The translations under genes and the position numbers were made by a program. The notes under the pieces are model-generated. The model was not told where the DNA came from. It worked only from the letters and a program-made list of their open reading frames with translations, and did no database searches. From Mobula hypostoma (taxonomy: Eukaryota), in contig NC_086108.1 in NCBI RefSeq assembly GCF_963921235.1, positions 27,654,001 to 27,718,000 on the forward strand: a stretch of 64,000 nt of DNA. Reading direction: 5' to 3'. Positions 61,570-64,000 of this stretch are shown in pieces (the first letter of the stretch is position 1; each line of letters starts with the position of its first letter).

Positions 61570-62190
61570 ATACTATACACTTTAGATTCTGCAGATGATG
61601 AAATCCAGAGTAACACACATAAAATGCTGAAGGAACTCAGCAGGTGAGGCAGCATCTCTGGAGAGGAATAAAGCCTTGACATTCTGAGCTGACACCTTTC
61701 ATCAGGACTGGAAAGGAAGCTGGAAGAAACAAGAATAAGAAGGTGAAGAGAGAGGAAGGAGCACAAGCTGGTAGGAAATAGGTGAATACAGATGAGTGGT
61801 GAATAGGTGAAGGCAGGTGGGTAAGGCGGGGGGATGATGAAATGAAATGCAGTGAGAAGCTGGGAGCAGAAAGGTGGAAAAGTGAAAGAGCTGAAGAAGA
61901 AGGAATCTGATTGGAAAGAAGAGAGGACCAAAAGAGAAAGGAAAGGAAGGATTCCAGATGGGGGTGATAGGTAGGTGAAGAGAAGGGAAAGGGTAAGAAG
62001 GGAGCCAGAATGGGGAACAGAAAAAGAGAAAATTACCAGAGCTGGAGAAATCAATGTTCATGTGATCAGGCTTGAGGCTATCAGAACAGAATATGAGGTG
62101 TTGCTGCTCCAACCTGTGATGAGTAGACCAACATGGTGGGCTTGGCAATGGAGAATTGCATTCAACATAGAGATCAATAGCTTTCTGATT
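61570..62190 (-). mobile_element. Older Penelope-like element 3' fragment
   Basis: LEQQHLIFCSDSLKPDHMNIDFS matches the GIY-YIG C-terminus; degenerate hammerhead at ~61673-61710. Confidence 0.8.
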
Positions 62191-62414
62191 TTTGGATGTC
62201 AGGGGTAGGGTTTCAAGGGACATGGGGGTAGGGCAGAAACTGGTGCTTGAGGTGGAGGAGTAGCCCTATTTTTCTTGAACAGTTCCAAGTGTTAATATTG
62301 CCATAAAAGTCCATTATTGTCCATTGTCCATTGCAGTGCAGAACATTTAATGTGGTCATGGTGTTGCTATACTGAGGTATTGATTAAGGTTGTGCCGGTT
62401 GATTGAAGATCCAC

Positions 62415-64000
62415 ATTCTGGTCATCCAGAGGACTAATTTTGTCCCTAGCAATCTTTTTTCTCTTAATGTATCTGTAGAAGCCCTTAGGATTCTTTTTCA
62501 TCTTGTCTGCTAAAGCAACTTCATGCCTTCTTGATTTCTTCCTTGTGGTCTCTTGCATTTCTTGTACTCCATAGGCACCTTATTTGTTTGTACTGTCCTA
62601 TACCTGCTTGCGCTCTATTTTTCTCTTATCCAGGGCCTCTTTATCTCTTGAAAACCAAGGATCCCTACACTTGTAATCTTTACCTTTTGTTCTGACAGGC
62701 ATATACAAGCTTTGCAAAGTCAAAACTTAATTTTTGAAGGCCTCCTACTTTCCAAGTACACCCTTGCCATAAAGCAGCATGTCCCAATCCACTCTTGCCA
62801 GATCATTTCAAAATTGACCTTTCTCCAAATTAGAATCTCAACCCGCAGAGCAGACTTTTCTTTTTGAACATTTACTTTGAACCTAATGGCATTGTGGTTA
62901 CTGGATGCAAAGTGTTCCCCTGCACAAACTTCTGTCACTTGGCCTGTCTCATTCCCTGATAGCAGATCCAACATCACATGCTCTCTCATTGGGACTTTTA
63001 TGTACTGATGAAGAGAACTTTCCTGAACACGTTTATCTCGTCCTTTTACCATAAGGAATTCCCAGTCAATATGTGAAAAGTTACAATCACCTGCGATATC
63101 AACCTTATGTTTCTTGCAGCAGTCTGTGATCTCTTTACAAATTTGTTCCTCTAAGTCCCTAGGACTGCTAGGTGGTCTGTAATATAGCCCATTAAGGTGG
63201 TCATACCTTTCTTATTTCTCAGCTCCACCCATAACACCTCTTTAGTCGAGTTCTTCAGTGTGTCCTGATGGAACACTGCCATGACATTTTCCCTGATCAG
63301 TAATGCCACCTCTCGTTTTGTAATTCCTCTCACTCTGTCACATCTAAAACAACAGAACGCCGGAATATTGAGCTGTCAGTCCTTCCCCCTCCTGCAACCA
63401 AGTGTCACTAATGGCAACAACATCAAAATTCCCGGTGCTGATCCATGCCCTGAGATCATCCACCTTTCCTACGATACTTCCTACATAGAAATATATGCAG
63501 CTCAGGATATTGGTCACACCATGCTCGATCTTTCGATTCCTGACTTTGTCTGAGGTCTTACCAAAACCTGTCTCCACAACCTCTCCAGTAACTGTTCTGG
63601 CATTCTGGTTCCCATCCCCTTCAACTCTAGTTTAAACCCCACTGTGCAGCATTAACAAACTTCCCATAGGAATATTAATTCCTCTCAAGTTCAGGTGCAA
63701 ACCATCCCTTCTGCACAGCACTCACATTCCCTAGAAAAGAGCCCAATGATTAAAAAAATCTGAAGCCCTCCCATCCTTCACCAATTCCTGAGCTATATAT
63801 TAAATTGTATAATCTTTCTAGTTCTGGCCCAACTATCACATGGCACAGGTCCTGAGATCGCAACCCTGGAGGTCCTGCCCTTTAACTTAGCACCTGATTC
63901 CCTGAACTCCCTATACAGAACCTCATTACTTATTCTACCCATGCCATTGCTATCTACATGGACCACGACCTTTGGTTGTTCGCCATCCCACTTAAGATGC
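62415..64000 (-). mobile_element. Degenerate CR1 LINE (ORF1 end + APE domain), running off the window edge
   Basis: FDVVAISDTWL, LWVELRNKKG, LDLLSGNETGQV...SNHNAIRF, KNPKGFYRYIKRK. Confidence 0.85.

Overview
Eukaryotic, repeat-dense DNA with no recognisable host-gene exon. The repeat repertoire (CR1/HER1-type LINEs, HE1/V-SINE-like SINEs, Neptune-type Penelope elements, Rex1) points to a cartilaginous fish, probably a ray; this is inference. Most of the window is transposon-derived: many CR1 LINEs of different ages (two near-identical young copies and two degenerate near-full-length ones), Rex1, L2, L1 and RTE fragments, two internally deleted Ty3/Gypsy elements (a chromovirus and a Mag-like element), two LTR remnants, a Tc1 DD34E transposon, a tiny hAT MITE and several Penelope-like elements (PLEs). 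The most notable signal is a family of minimal type-I hammerhead ribozyme motifs in the PLE terminal repeats. It includes a 247-bp near-perfect fold-back carrying two inverted intact ribozymes, inserted with a 14-bp TSD into the Tc1 transposase. PLE-borne hammerheads are a known class, so any novelty would lie in this lineage or arrangement. Boundaries were read by eye; those of old elements are approximate.
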